Shown in pieces: positions 62,900-64,000 of a DNA stretch of 64,000 bases. Location of the stretch: positions 20-64,019 of the forward strand of contig JAFWEE010000006.1 in NCBI GenBank assembly GCA_017515795.1. Reading direction: 5' to 3'. The first letter of the stretch is position 1, and the number at the start of each line of letters is the position of its first letter. The DNA is from Bacilli bacterium (GTDB lineage: Bacteria > Bacillota_I > Bacilli_A > RF39 > UBA660). The position numbers and the translations under genes are program-made. Below the pieces are notes generated by a model. That model ran no database searches. It was not told the DNA's origin and worked only from the letters and a program-made list of their open reading frames with translations.

Positions 62900-64000
62900 C
62901 TATTCTTCATCATAATCATCATAATTATCAGCTGAATGTTCAGGCTCATAATCATCATCATTAGATTCATTTTCTTCTCTTGCTTCTTCTCTTTTTTTCA
63001 TTCTCTTTTTCTTACGATTAAGATTTTCTTGATCTAGAAGCATTTGTAATTTATCAACATTTTTAGTTCTTATACCTTCATTTAATGCATCTACCAATTC
63101 GTCTTTAGTAACTACATCATCATAAATATCATATTTAGCATCTACAACTGTTTCTTGATTATCTAGTAGTTTCTTTTCATCCATACCATTAAGCATTGGA
63201 CCATTTGCATATACTACATCATCGTCAGTACCATTTTTAGAATTAAAGTTAAATTCAGGTTTAAAATCAATATGAACAGGAGCTTCTTGTTTAACTACAT
63301 CATCATCAGATGATTCTTTAGCTATTAAAGCTGCCCTTCTTTCTTTTTTATTCTTTCTTCTTCTTAAAAGTAATAATAAAAGTAATAATAAGATTAATAA
63401 CAAGAATAATATTATTAGGAATGGAATTAAACCAAGTCCAAATATATTAAATCCTTTTTTTCTAGTAATATCAATTTGATAATACTTAGTAAAATCTTTT
63501 TCATCAGTTACTTTAACTAAAACCACATTATTTCCAACTTGTAAATTTTTATTACCAGTAATCTTATATGTAGCACCTTTTGGAGCTTTAACTAATACTG
63601 TAACATTTCTTACTTTATGAGGAACTGTAACTTTATAGTTAGTAGTACTAGCTTTAAATACAGGACTCATTTCATAGTCTCTTACTTTTAAATCTAATAA
63701 GTCAGTATTAGCCTTATATTCAGATCTCTTAACTTTAAGAGTTATAGTTTTAGTTGATCCATCTTCTGCAGTTACTTTAATCTTAACTATATTATCTCCT
63801 TCAGTAGAGAACTTTTCATTTCCAGTAATTTCTACTTTAGTATTTGAATCATATGGAATTACACTTAAATCTAATTTCTTAACATCATAAGGAACAGTTA
63901 CATTGTAATCATTCTTATCATTACTGAAGTTAGGATCAATTGTATGTGGAGAATAAATCTTGAAATCTACATTTTTATCACTAGATTTCTTCTTTTCAGA
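62900..64000 (-). CDS. surface protein with cadherin-like beta-sandwich repeats, one TM and an acidic cytoplasmic tail; partial (N-terminus beyond the right window edge)
   Basis: The reading frame stays open upstream of the track start at 63670. My translation of 63671-63850 gives ...TKVEITGNEKFSTEGDNIVKIKVTAEDGSTKTITLKVKRSEYKANTDLLDLKVRDYE, continuing into MSPVFKASTTNYKVTVPHKVRNVTVLVKAP...GNNVVLVKVTDEKDFTKYYQIDITR. These are two repeats of the L-x-L-x-V...Y-x-V-x-V...G-x-N...Y-x-I type. Followed by TM LGLIPFLIILFLLLILLLLLLLLL and a D/E-rich tail. Confidence 0.7.
   Translation of the reverse strand, partial: SEKKKSSDKNVDFKIYSPHTIDPNFSNDKNDYNVTVPYDVKKLDLSVIPYDSNTKVEITGNEKFSTEGDNIVKIKVTAEDGSTKTITLKVKRSEYKANTDLLDLKVRDYEMSPVFKASTTNYKVTVPHKVRNVTVLVKAPKGATYKITGNKNLQVGNNVVLVKVTDEKDFTKYYQIDITRKKGFNIFGLGLIPFLIILFLLLILLLLLLLLLRRRKNKKERRAALIAKESSDDDVVKQEAPVHIDFKPEFNFNSKNGTDDDVVYANGPMLNGMDEKKLLDNQETVVDAKYDIYDDVVTKDELVDALNEGIRTKNVDKLQMLLDQENLNRKKKRMKKREEAREENESNDDDYEPEHSADNYDDYDEE

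Overview
This is a 64-kb chromosomal segment from a very AT-rich, low-GC Gram-positive (Bacillota-type) genome. By eye the GC content is under 30%. The standard genetic code applies: TGA is used as a stop and Trp is TGG. I call 69 protein-coding genes (two run off the window edges) and 3 tRNA genes (Pro-UGG, Arg-ACG, His-GUG, all with encoded CCA). All but 5 CDSs are on the minus strand. Gene packing is tight, with many AT-rich hairpin terminators that embed stop codons.

The housekeeping backbone comprises ppdK, tex, sufS-sufU, hit, prsA, recX, rpoZ, ffh-ylxM-ftsY, rnj, pnp-rpsO, truB, dnaD, a short cca, hup, der, engB, nrnA, ackA, yutD, ferredoxin, rluB-like, rmuC and an hsp20 gene. The hsp20 promoter is overlapped by a CIRCE operator.

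I saw no rRNA, CRISPR array, transposase, integrase or prophage genes.

The parts worth a second look are:
1. A RelB/DinJ-RHH fusion to a degenerate Nudix domain, leading a cluster of an unknown acidic protein, a MutT-type Nudix and a MazG-type enzyme. Three 11-bp-phased direct repeats sit upstream of its promoter.
2. Three atypical protein-kinase-like paralogs. One is translationally coupled to a transglutaminase-like protein, and two flank a glucosaminidase cell-wall module.
3. Two adjacent monocistronic paralogs built from a duplicated, uncharacterised module of about 55 aa.
4. A translationally coupled pair of giant surface proteins: a 1345-aa protein plus a thioester-domain adhesin with a non-canonical EIQTG sorting signal.
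5. Signal-peptide-less proteins with a conserved C-terminal tail anchor and Pro-rich linkers that share a 37/38-nt DNA segment.
6. A thioredoxin gene next to a fused CPHC-thioredoxin/CcdA-like membrane protein.

All functional calls come from reading the translated ORFs and recalling motifs. No database search was run.
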